Positions 45,011-56,944 of a stretch of DNA of 64,000 nucleotides are shown here, piece after piece. The stretch is from Azolla caroliniana (lineage: Eukaryota; Plantae; Polypodiophyta). Each line of letters starts with the position of its first letter. Positions within the stretch are counted from its first letter, which is position 1. The stretch lies in contig JBHGNT010000011.1 of assembly GCA_043228905.1 (NCBI GenBank), positions 744,001 through 808,000 of the forward strand, read 5' to 3'. Made by a program: the position numbers and the translations under genes. The notes under the pieces were generated by a model, which made no database searches, was not told where the DNA came from, and saw nothing but the letters and a program-made list of their open reading frames with translations.

Positions 45011-48000
45011 ATGTCCCATCATCAATCACGAGGAGACCGAAGCGACTCTCAGCAGAAGAGGAGCTCGAGGCAACCCAGACCTTCTGTCACCTCACCTTTG
45101 CCTTCTCAAGCTGCCAGGTGAATCCCTTCTCTCTCTCTCTCTCTCTTGTAGTTGTGTTCTCCTTTCCTTAAATTTTTTTTTTTATCATGAATGATTTGGT
45201 TGTGCTTATTGGTCATTGTTGAGTATATGCCCTTCCCTGATTGTAGCTTATTGGGCCTTGCGGTATATATGTCCTTCCTTCAATAGTAACACATTGGGCA
45301 TTTCAGTACATGCCGGTGAAATAGTGTGTTTGAGGATTTTAGCAATATCTCACACTGGAGCGCATGAAGATATGGCTACATGCTGCATTGGTTGTGCTTG
45401 TTGGGCATTTGAGAATTTTTTCCTAGCTCTAATTGCTAAATTTTCCTGAATAACTGAATCTTGGTGTTGTTGAGTTTTTCCACGAGTGATTTGATCGTTC
45501 TTATCAGGTACTTGGGCGTAAGCACCTTCTGTTCCTTGCTCTATTTAGTTGTTATTTCATGAGTTGAGTGTGCTTGTTGGTTCTTTCTGAGGACATGCTG
45601 CTTCGTTTGACACTAATTGGGGATTTTATTGTTCACCATTTTGATCGTGCTTATGAGGCATTTGAATGTGGCATTTGAATGTGCATGGTTATTGTGCTTT
45701 TTTACCACATGTTGGTTTGATCATAGCTAATTGGACATTAAAGGTTATGCAACTTTGATTGTGCTGATCTGGCACTGGAGTATGTGCAGCTGTCAGTTGA
45801 GTCAAGTCCCTTCAAGGCATGGAACCGTGAATGGAAACATTCAATATTTGTTTACATTAAAGGATTTACTTCTGCGTAGTAAATGTAGATATAGATAGAA
45901 TTATTGTTTAGTCATGGTGCTTAGTAATGGAAGTTGAACGCCATTGCAGTGTACTAATGCTAACTGTTTATTTGAACATGCTGCTAGTCATCTTGTCTGG
46001 CCATGGAATATTTTTGTTCTGCTATGCAATATTCACTGAGAAATGATTTTTCATATCCAAGAATTTTCCTGCTCTGGCATTATATTGTCAGTAGGGACAC
46101 CTTGTTCTCATATATTTTGATGGATAAATACTTCGATGTGCTATAATTAAATGCTTCGATTGAGCATGTGGTCATAAATTCTGCTGGCTTAAGAAGTTTT
46201 GGTGATCATGATAGCTCAAAGAGGTTCAGTGGAGCAAATGGCCAACCAAGAGGTCATTCACCTGCAAGTCATGAATCTGACATTCACAGGGCTCAACAAA
46301 GTGTTTCTCAGCATCAAGGGCAGTCGCATGGGTCTGGTCAGCCAGGTGGAAAACTGATGATTTTGGGCTTAATCAGGGATATCTGACTTACTGTATTATC
46401 TTATAGAAGCATTCTGAATGTATGCACAGTAATAAGCTTTCTCTTCATTACAGGTATCAAGCCTTCTCCCCAGACGAGCAACGGGAATGTACCCCGATCA
46501 TTTAGGCCTGTGACACCATCAAGCTCAGAAAATGCTCCAGATATCCCAAAGCCAGGTTTTTATTGTTTTGTATTTCTTTTATTCTTATTCATTGCTATCG
46601 ATTTCTAATCATTTAAATGAAGCAGAGTCATCTTGGACTTCTGCTTCCCCACAACTATCCTTCCAGTTTGGCAGCATAGGAGTGACAACGTACATGCATA
46701 CGGGGATACAGGTCTGTATTTTGAGTAGAGGTTGAAATGAGCGATTCTTTCAGTTTTTCTTATACTCTATACTTCTATCTTCTCAGATTCCTGCGAGGAC
46801 AAGTTCAGCCCCTCCAAATCTTGATGAACAAAAACAAGACCAAGCACGATATGAGCCTACCAATGCTACCGTTGCAAAAGCGTATGGTACTTCAGGACAA
46901 AAGTCACAGGTACAGCAATCTGCAGGGCCTCAGCATAGCTTTAGGCCCAAGCAACCACCTACTTCTTTGTCTTCAGCAATACCACAGTCACCATACATCC
47001 AGAACCAGCATCAACATCATACTGTCCCAGCTAATACTCATGTACAGGTTCAGACAAATTCTCAACATTTGCAAATGCAAGCACATTTGGTTCCTCCACA
47101 GGCACAACAACAAGGTCTTGTTCAGATCCCTTTCCAACCAATGCAGTTTCCTCAGTCAATGGCAGGTTCACAGATGCTAGGGCCGCAGTTAGGCTCTTTA
47201 CCTGTTCAGATGCCCCCTCATCAACTCTCTGGAGCGTTGCCTACTCAATTACCCCCCCCTCCTTATGGGATGTTTCCACCGCAAAATCATTTTATTCAAC
47301 CACGCACTAATAGGGCTGTGAAAATTGTGCATCCAGAGACGCACGAGGAGTTGAAGTTTGATTCTAAGAGCTTGAAGAATACTGAAAATAGCTTTTCATC
47401 ATCTACATCAGTGGCGACTCGAGGACGAATGACAGGAAATGGACCTCATTCTGGGCCATCTTTGAGCTACACTAGCACCACCCTTCGTCATACCAATCAA
47501 AACATCTATGCCTCACAGAAAAATGGGCCATATAGTCCCAGGTCTCAGAATTATCATCCATCAACTGTGGCTTCTGGGATAGGACACACAAAGCAAAATT
47601 TTAACGAGACTTTCCATGACCAGGCTATGTCCTCCCCACGTGCTGCTGCTGGAAACATAGGGAGTGCAAATGCAGAGAATATTGGGGTAGGCACAACAGT
47701 GGTTCAGAAGTCCCATGGAACAGCGCAGCCTACTTTAAATCTGTTATCTGATTATAAAAATTCAAATTCAGGGAAGATTGAAAAGATAACAGCTGCATCC
47801 ATTTCAGGAGTTTCTGGGCAGGTTAAGGAAGGTGGTGCTGGTGTTGAAGAAAGAAGGGTTATCAGCAAGGCACAAACACAGGAGTCAACCAAGGATGCAA
47901 CATGTGTGCAGGAAACACCAAAAGATGGACTAAAAGCACCAAATGATGCAGTAAGAGTGCAGGAACATCCAAAAGCCGCTCAAGAATCAAAACCAGATCA

Positions 48001-51000
48001 TGTCTCATTAAAAGATGAACTGAAAACATCCAATGATGCAGTGAGAGTGCATGAGCAACCTCAAGAGACCAAAGAAGCACAATCAGATCACATTTCATTA
48101 AAAGATGAACTGAAAGCACTCAAGGATGCGGTAAAATTGCATGAGCAAACAAAAGAGGCTCAAGAACATCTTGCTTCATCAAAGTCTGTCAAAACTGAGT
48201 TTTTGGTACCAGAAGTAAAGCAGGGAGGCAAAAAGAAGAAGAAGAAGGATCCATCATCAAAAGCCTATCCAGCAGATGTCCATAAGGTTTCTAAGGTTCA
48301 GGTAGAAGCCAAAAAGCAAGTTCAGGGAAAGATGCCACTCATATATAATGTGAAAAATATAACACCAAAATCCGAATGGCAGGCTGATGACAATGCAGTT
48401 GTTCCGTCAGACTTAAAAGAGGCTTCTAAATCTGTGGGTAAGTTGTCAGAATCTGAAGCTCTGTTATCTAGTAAATCTGGTATAGCTTCTGAAGCCATTG
48501 TTAAATCATCGGAAACTGAATCACACATACCTGTAGTATCTGAGATAGCTTCTGATGCTATTATTAAATCATCAGAGTCCAAAGCAGTGATGTCACGTAT
48601 CATATCTCAGGTAGCTTCTGAAGTCATGGTTGAATCGTCAGAGTCTGAACTACAGATGCCTGTCATGTCCGAGGTAGCTTCTAAAACCATGGTTGAATTG
48701 CCAGAGTCTGAAACACTGATACCTTTGGTATCTGAAGTAGCATCTGAATCCTTGGTTAAATTGCCAGCATCTGAATCTGAAGCATCGATATCCATCATAT
48801 CTGAGGTAGTTTCTGAAGCCATGGTTAAATCGTCAGAATCTGAAGCATTGGAACCTATCATGTCGGAGGTAGCTTCTGAAGCCATGGTTACACCGTCAGA
48901 ATCTGAAGCACTGATACCTGTCATGTCTGAGATAGCTACTGAAGCCATTGTTAAACTGTCAGAATCTGAAGCACTGACACCTTCCATATCAGAGGTAGCA
49001 TTCAAAGACATTGTTAAATCGTCAGAATCAGAAGCACTGATACCATCCATATCTGAGGTAGCTTCTGAAGCCATGATTAAATCATCAGAATCTGACAGAA
49101 TTGTATCTGTCAAATCTCCTGCACATTTAATTGTACATGACAATCACAAAACAGAGTTTGATGTTTCAGATCCTTTCAATAATGAGGGAACAATAGAAGG
49201 CAGTACTTTGTCTTTAGATATAACTGTATGTGATCTAAGTCTTGACCCAGTAATGAATAAACTTGCAGAAGATAATGCTAATGCCTGCGACAGTACGGCG
49301 ACTTTAGAGATATCTATGTCTCGTCTGAATCTTGAGCCTGTGGTAAGCAAACCTGCAGAAGATAGATCCAGTGCCCAGACCACCACAGAGAATTTTGAGA
49401 TGACTGTGTCTGGTATGAGCCTTGAGCTCATGACAAATAAACTGGCAGATGATAATACCAGTTCCAATGAGTCAATGAATTTAGAGCCGCCTAGTCAAAG
49501 CGAGAATCTAGATGAGAAACTAGCTGTTCAGATAGGAACTCTTGATAGCTCTTCTATTCATTCAAATCTGCTACCTACACTTGATACAAGTTCAAGACCG
49601 AAGTCTACAGAAAGAGATCAATCTGACAATGTCATTGCTGTTTTGCCAACTGCTATAGAAGCTAATATACAAACAAGCAAAGTCTCTGAAATTCTTAGCA
49701 CAGTTACCTGTACTGACATGTCTATCATTGCGCCTAATGTAACGGCTTCTGCTCATGATATCAATAGCGTAAATGCATTCTCTTTTAATGACGGTGTCAA
49801 ACTAGAGCACAATACATCTAAACCAGATCAAAATACAAAAATCCATTTACAGTTGATGGATGTTTCAAACAGCACGCCCCCTCTAGACACAGCAAATGAT
49901 AATGATAGTTCAAGAGAGACACAACTTGCTGCAGACATAAGGCCAGGGGCGAAGAAGAAGAAGATGAAGGATATTTTGGCTAAAGCAGATGCAGCAGGCT
50001 CTATTGCTGATTTGTACAATGCATATAAGGCTCCAGAAGAGAATAAATCCGAAATGTCAGATTCAAAAAGGGGCAGCACAAGCTCTCAACGAACAGAAGC
50101 AGATGAACAAGTTGTAACAGCTGAAAAGAATGTTGCACCTAAAGAACTCGATGATTGGGAGGATGCAGCGGAGCTTCCAACTCCCAACTCTTCAACAGGA
50201 ACAGAAGCTAACAGCAGTAGCAAGTCTGGGGAAAAAGCCCCATCAAACGTCATTGAGGGTGAAACATACACTAGAGATTTCTTGCTCACGTTCAAAGATC
50301 AAAATACTGGGCTTCCGTTAGACTTCGAGGTGAGGCCTGACATCATTGATTTACTTGTTAATCCACAACTTGCTTCCCAGCAGCCCCCTAGAATGCTGGA
50401 TCGTCAGTCTAGTGGTGGCTCAAGGCGTGCTACATTTGAGGATGATAGATGGGCAAGACAACCACAAGGTTTGCATTCGCCAGCATGGCCACAATCACAG
50501 GGTTTACACTCTCCAGCTTGGCCACAACCACAGGGTTTGCCCTCTCCCATCTGGCAGGATAATTATATGGACTTTGGTTTTCCATCTGGTTTTCGCCCTG
50601 GAGGTGTACATAGTCTCATGCCTCGGATGCCTTCAAATGTTCGTCCCGGGATTTCAGCCGTATCCATGTCCCCAGGTTTGATTCTTGGGAAACCCTCAAC
50701 TCCATCACCAATTCCTGGAATGGCTAGATCAAATACTGTCGATTCTGATAGATGGCAGAGGATACCACCAGGGCAAAAAGGGCTCATTCCATCGCCTCAC
50801 ACCTCAGCTCCAACTGTGCATAAAGCTGAAAAAAGATATGAAGTTGGTAAGGCGTCTGATGAAGAGGAGGTGAAACAGAGGCAAATTAAAGGAATACTCA
50901 ATAAATTGACTCCTCAAAATTTTGATAAATTATTCAAGAAAGTTAATGATGTAAATATACAGTCAGCTGTCACTTTGAATGGTGTAATTTCTCAGATTTT

Positions 51001-54000
51001 TGACAAAGCACTTACAGAACCCACCTTTTGTGAGATGTATGCTAAATTTTGCAAGGAGCTCGCTACAAATCTGCCGGTGTTTGGGAAAGATGATGAAAAG
51101 ATTACATTTAAACGTGTTCTCTTGAACAAATGTCAGGAAGAGTTTGAGAGAGGGGAGAGAGAGGAAGCTGAGGCCACTGAGGCGGCTCAAGTGGAAAATG
51201 GAAAGGAGATGACTGCAGAAGAACGCGAGGAGAAGCGAGTTCAAGCAAAGAGGCGAATGTTAGGAAACATCCGCTTCATTGGCGAATTATATAAGAAACA
51301 AATGCTGACTGAACGTATCATGCACGGATGCATAAGAAAGCTGTTGGGTGAATTTGACAATCCTGAAGAAGAGGATGTTGAAGCATTGTGCAAATTAGTG
51401 AGCACCATTGGTCATATGATTGACCAAGCAAAGGCAAAGGATCACATGGATTCCTACTTCGATAGAATGGACAGGTTGTCAAACAATTCAAAGCTCTCCT
51501 CACGAATACGATTTATGCTGAGGGATGTCATTGATCTTCGGAGGAATGATTGGCAAGTGAGGAGGAAGGTTGAGGGTCCTAAGAAGATAGAAGAGGTGCA
51601 TAGAGATGCTGTCCAAGAGAGGCAGGCTACTGTTGCCCAAGCTGGTCGTTTTTCTCGTGCATCAAGTATGGTAATGCCATCTGGAAGGAAAATGGCACCT
51701 CTATCAGACTCTGGCATACGTGGGCCGTCATTGCCCATGTTCTCTCCTACAACGCCAATTGGTGGTGCTCAGGCAGGAGGCCTTCGAGGAGTTCAACAAC
51801 CGACCGGTGGCCGAAGCTCATTTGCACAAGATGTACGGATTGAGGAGAGGTTACTTTTAGAAAATAGACCGGCACCAATTCCCTTATCCCAACGCTCAGT
51901 AGATGAGACCCCGATAACACTGGGTCCTCAGGGGGGTCTTGGAAGGGGTATACGTGGTCAACCTGAAATTCGACGTTTTGGTCCTGCTTCAATGCCAGCT
52001 TACAGCTCTAGTGCACCTGTTGGAGCTGAAAGGCCTCTCACTCCACCTGATAGGCCTATCTTGAACAGGCCAGATAAGTATGCGTCTGGATCTTCTAACA
52101 GAAGCTCACTCAATTTGGAACGGACTCTTAGTGATAGAGCTATAAGCACACCTACATCGTTGGCTACAAATCATCAACAGCAGAGCAGTAAGTCGTCTGG
52201 AGCACCTCTATTTATGCCTCTGGATGAAGACCACTTGAAAGAGCAAAGTAAAGCTGCTTTGGTTGAGTATTTCAGGTCTGTGTAGCACATTTAACAGTTC
52301 AATCTTTTTGTAGTAGGATTTTTTCAACCTTGTTAAATGGGGTCCATGTAATATCTGGATTCTGAATGCTTGATGGCAGTGCCCGAGATCAGAAGGAGGT
52401 GATACAATGTATTGAAGATTTAAGGGATCCCAAGTTTTATTCTACAATGGTGTATATATGGACGTCTATCGCATTAGAAAGGAAAGAACCAGAAAGAGAG
52501 CTTTTCATGTCCCTGCTCATAAGTTTGTGCAAGTCTGAGCCTTTTCTCCTGAAGCAGGATCAAGTTTTCCAGGCGTAAGTGATATATAACCCCTAACCAT
52601 GCATGTGAGAAATATGACATTTAACAAGGCTTGAAGAGCATGAATTCTAATTTTAAAGAAGTTCTTAGTGTTTATGCTATCTATGCTAAAACCTTTGTAA
52701 CAGCTTTGAGATGGCTATAGAGAACCTAGAGGATATTGCTATGGATGTGCCCAAGGCTCCACAATATCTAATCAAAATGTTTAATAAGCTCATCTCAGAA
52801 GGAGTGTTGCTGGTTGATCAAGTTTTATCTTTGATAAAAGCAACTGATTTAATTCAGGACCTTGATATCATAAGAGAGGCAAGTTTAATGAGATTCTTTC
52901 AGATGCTTGCTACTAGTAGTGTCTTGTTCGTATGTGCCAGATGAGTATTCTGTTGTGCAGTTCTCATTCTGTTCAGAAATCTGCTTGTCCAGGAGACTGA
53001 TAAGGATTTATTATTGGATCTTCGACCTCTAGAGCAGCAGCTAGCACAGCATCTGAGTATAAAAGAACCTGTTTCAGAGACACAAAAGTGGCTGGAGGTC
53101 AGTTGATTGGTTTTGGTTCTAAGTAATTATGAAGGTTAATAATTTCTTAGATCCCGAATTCTCTTGTTAAATTTCTAATTGGATTATTGCAGCAAAATGT
53201 AACTTCTCAAATGCAGTCAGACTCAAGCTTTTTAAGAATGCTAATGACTCAGGTTCTGAGGCATGCTGTACCTAGTATCTTTGAGGTACAGTGAACGTTT
53301 ATTTAAGTAATATTGGGTAAAACATATTTTATTCAGTGTGGAATTTTGTTTTATTATGTATGGAATTTCACTATTTTTTCCTTGTATTCATCTTACATAT
53401 AGAAGATGCATTTCAACTCTGACTGATTACATCCTCAGGAATTTTATGGCTTGCTTTTCATGCTTCAATAGTTAAATTCCTTTAGCTCTTCTGTTTGAGA
53501 TTGTTCCTAGTCAGTATACCATACTTCTCTAAGATTTGCCATTACTATTTCTTGATCCCTTGGACTGGAGTAAGAGAAGATGTCATGATTCATGCGACAA
53601 ACCCCAATGGGTAAAGTTCAGTTAATGGAGTTCAGGCAACATCATAATGGGTTAATAAATGGCTTTGGGGACATCCGTGAGCTCTTTTATTTTTAACGTA
53701 GATTTGCTTGCTTTAACTAACCTACACGAAAACTATAGCTAGCTTCATCAATACCATGTTTTATTCTGATTTTCCTAAATAATTTTCTGCCATTCTTGCA
53801 GAAAGAACAACATCAAGGGATGGTCAAGGAACGGCTTTCTGAGTACAAGACATTGTTGAGGAAATTTGGAACGAATCGAGATAAGCAAAGTCAATGTATT
53901 ACTCGAACATTGTTTATGTTTGTTAGAAGTATTTGTGATGACTGCTGACTGTGGCAGTGTGGCTGATGGAAATCATTGCAATCATATCCTCTGATTGCTG

Positions 54001-56944
54001 AGTTGTATGAAGTTTGTATAGCATTTGTGTTCACGTTGATGTTGCCCCATAAGAGGAATTGCAAACATTCTAGTGTTGCTCATGGAAACAATCAAGGATA
54101 CTTGATTTAAGGCTTGGGAAACCTTAGGACCTGAAGTGCCTGAAGCTTTTTTGGCAATGTTGAGCAAGCTAATGAAATGTGCTAGATGATTTAGATACAA
54201 AGAACAGGCAGAGAAATGAAATTTCAATGTAGGGACAAGGCTACACCTAGGGACTATAAATTCATTAGGTCGAAGCTTAAACTTCCATTATATTATCAGA
54301 CCTGAATATTGAAATTGTGCCTTGCTATTATGTAGATTGGCAATAGATTTACTTCCTGTAGCAGCATGATCCATGTTAGGCATTTCGTGTTCACTTGCCC
54401 AATGCATCCCAATATCCCCATATCACTATCAGCGATCATTTTTTAAGCTTGCTTTGAATTAATGCATGTTTTTCTCTGTTCCATACTCGGAAGGGTTGTC
54501 CTGTTAGTTCTAAAAGCTTTGTCCTTTGGATTACATCAAAAGTATATCCGGTACTGCATTTTCTAGGATACCTGAAGCAGGATTGCTGTGTATTCTCTCT
54601 GAAATGTTGTTGCAGTTGTGTTTTAATTGCCTCTTTTTCACAGCTCCCATTGATATTGGATCTTGTTCGATATTATATATCTTCTCCTGTAATTTGTAAC
54701 TTGCATGGCTTTTCTTTATCTCTCTTTATTGCTCCTTTTCAGTACTTATATGTCAGCTGGCATAAATTTCAGTTCTTATTTTGTGCTAAACCTGTTGTGC
54801 ATGATGAAAAGTTTCCAGATATGATTGTTTTAGTTTAGTTTCTGGGTTCAGGTTTTATATTTCAGACATGCTTGCTGTGTGTTCTCTTTTAAAATCTCTA
54901 ATACAATTGATCTATTTCAGACATTCTTGCAATGCAACTGTTTATCCATGATATCGCTCATCCACCAGGCTTGATGACCACTTTGTGTAATACTTTCTAT
55001 GAAGATGAGGTTTGTCTGAAACTAACAAGTAGAGTTCTTTAAAAATATTTCTTTTCGCGCTTACTCACATTTCTTGTGGCAGGTAATTTCTGAGTCTGCG
55101 TATGTGAAGTGGGAAGATGATGTCAAAGATACCACCCAAGGAAGGGAGCAGGTTGGGCCTCTCTTTCTCGCATAGGCTGATTTGCAGCCTCTTAAAAGAC
55201 GTTAATATATCTTTCTTTCTTTCTTCCCCCCTCTTCATATGCTGATTGCAGCCTGTAATAGGCATTGATATTTCTTTCTTTCCTGCTGCACAGTTGAATG
55301 CTTGATGCATCCCTGTGTGATACATCCTCATACAGATCCAATAGAAGTGCATTTCATATCTATAATATTATTAATGCACGATGCACATCTTATTGGAATG
55401 TGGCTTGCAGCTCCCTAATATCTTCAATAATATCGTCGACATAATTGTGTAAGAGCTATGTAGTGTTTGATTTATACCTTCTACACATTCTACTCTCTCT
55501 TTCTCTTCTTCTCTCTCTCAATACATATTAGCTATGGATCTCATTCTTGTGAATTATTTAAAAATCGTTCCACCACATGCATTAAGATAATGATCATGGA
55601 CCTTTAGGAACCTAGAGCTTTTATATTTGTTTTAGTATCCCTGTGTGATACATCCTAGGCATTGATATTTCTTTCTTTCCTGCTGCACAGTTGAATGCTT
55701 GATGCATCCCTGTGTGATACATCCTCATACAGATCCAATAGAAGTGCATTTCATATCTATAATATTATTAATGCACGATGCACATCTTATTGGAATGTGG
55801 CTTGCAGCTCCCTAATATCTTCAATAATATCGTCGACATAATTGTGTAAGAGCTATGTAGTGTTTGATTTATACCTTCTACACATTCTACTCTCTCTTTC
55901 TCTTCTTCTCTCTCTCAATACATATTAGCTATGGATCTCATTCTTGTGAATTATTTAAAAATCGTTCCACCACATGCATTAAGATAATGATCATGGACCT
56001 TTAGGAACCTAGAGCTTTTATATTTGTTTTAGTATCGATGACATGAACTCACCCATATTTATAATCATGATTTGTCTCATAGTCTCATTCAGCCTCTGGT
56101 AAACGTAAATATTTCTTTCTTTTGAACACAAAAGTACAGTATATCTGACTTCAGAATCTCACGTTTCTTTAGTCTCTTTTTAACTTATTTACTTAGTAAC
56201 ATTTATTTATTTTGATTTGTTCTCAAACACACACGAGACAACACTTACTATGTAATGTCTTTGTTGGGTCTATAGGCCATTCCTAGAAGGCGTTAAAATA
56301 TATTTTCTGTCTCTAAACTGCAAGCACTAGGGTTGAAGGCACATGGGCCATACCGTCACCAACTCATAGAGATCATTATTCACCATATCTGATCCACATG
56401 AGGACACCCTCATGTTCTCGTTAAACTTAGCCTAGCCTCATGCCACTGCACCTACCAACCTTGATTATGATTTACTGCCAACACTAATCAATCCATACAT
56501 TCTAGTTATCTGGTTCATGCTTGTAAACCATCTGCAAAATCATTTGACCACATGCATTATGATCAGGATCATGAAGCTTAGGAAACCTTTTTTGTTTCAG
56601 TATTGGATGGATGACATGAAATCACCTGTATGTATAATCATGATTTGTCTCACAGGCTGATTTTGGCCTGTGTTAGACATTAATATTTCTTTCTTTCTTT
56701 TTCTCTCTCAAAAAGATTGCAATGTCGTTATGCAAGTCTTTTGATGATTTTGAGACTTCAACATCCTTTCTGAAAGTGATGAACATTATTGGAAATAGGC
56801 ACATGCCTGTATTTATCCTAGTCTTGTTTATTTTTCATTGATTGCTTCTTGTACTCTGTGGCTCATGCTGTCTTCTTGTTGCAGGCTCTTAGGGATGTCT
56901 TTAGATGGCTCATATGGTTGAAAACAGCACCTGAACAAAGTTAG
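45011..56944 (+). CDS. eIF4G: Eukaryotic translation initiation factor 4G (MIF4G + MA3 + W2), 13 coding exons
   Basis: Exons 45011-45117, 46194-46345, 46454-46555, 46626-46711, 46787-52275, 52380-52574, 52704-52878, 52993-53097, 53193-53285, 53802-53895, 54921-55009, 55083-55151, 56885-56944. Plant eIF4G motifs MSHHQSRGDRS, FQFGSI, IPARTSSAPPNLDEQK, VKIVHPETHEEL, DLYNAYK, DDWEDAA. eIF4E-binding YTRDFLL (50267-50287). MIF4G (KGILNKLTPQNF...RRMLGNIRFIGELY), MA3 and W2-like C-terminus. Confidence 0.95.
48424..49096 (+). repeat. Coding tandem repeat in eIF4G: ~10.5 copies of a 21-aa (63-nt) unit SEAMVKSSESEALIPxxSEVA
   Basis: Visible in the translation of ORF 46967-52285. Confidence 0.92.
55259..56036. 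repeat. 2 x 381 bp near-perfect tandem duplication with a 16-bp filler, in the last eIF4G intron
   Basis: 55259-55639 matches 55656-56036; filler CCTGTGTGATACATCC at 55640-55655. Confidence 0.95.

Noticed and set aside
48322-49467. Antisense ORFs with SDSDD repeats
   Set aside because: Shadow frames of the eIF4G coding repeat.
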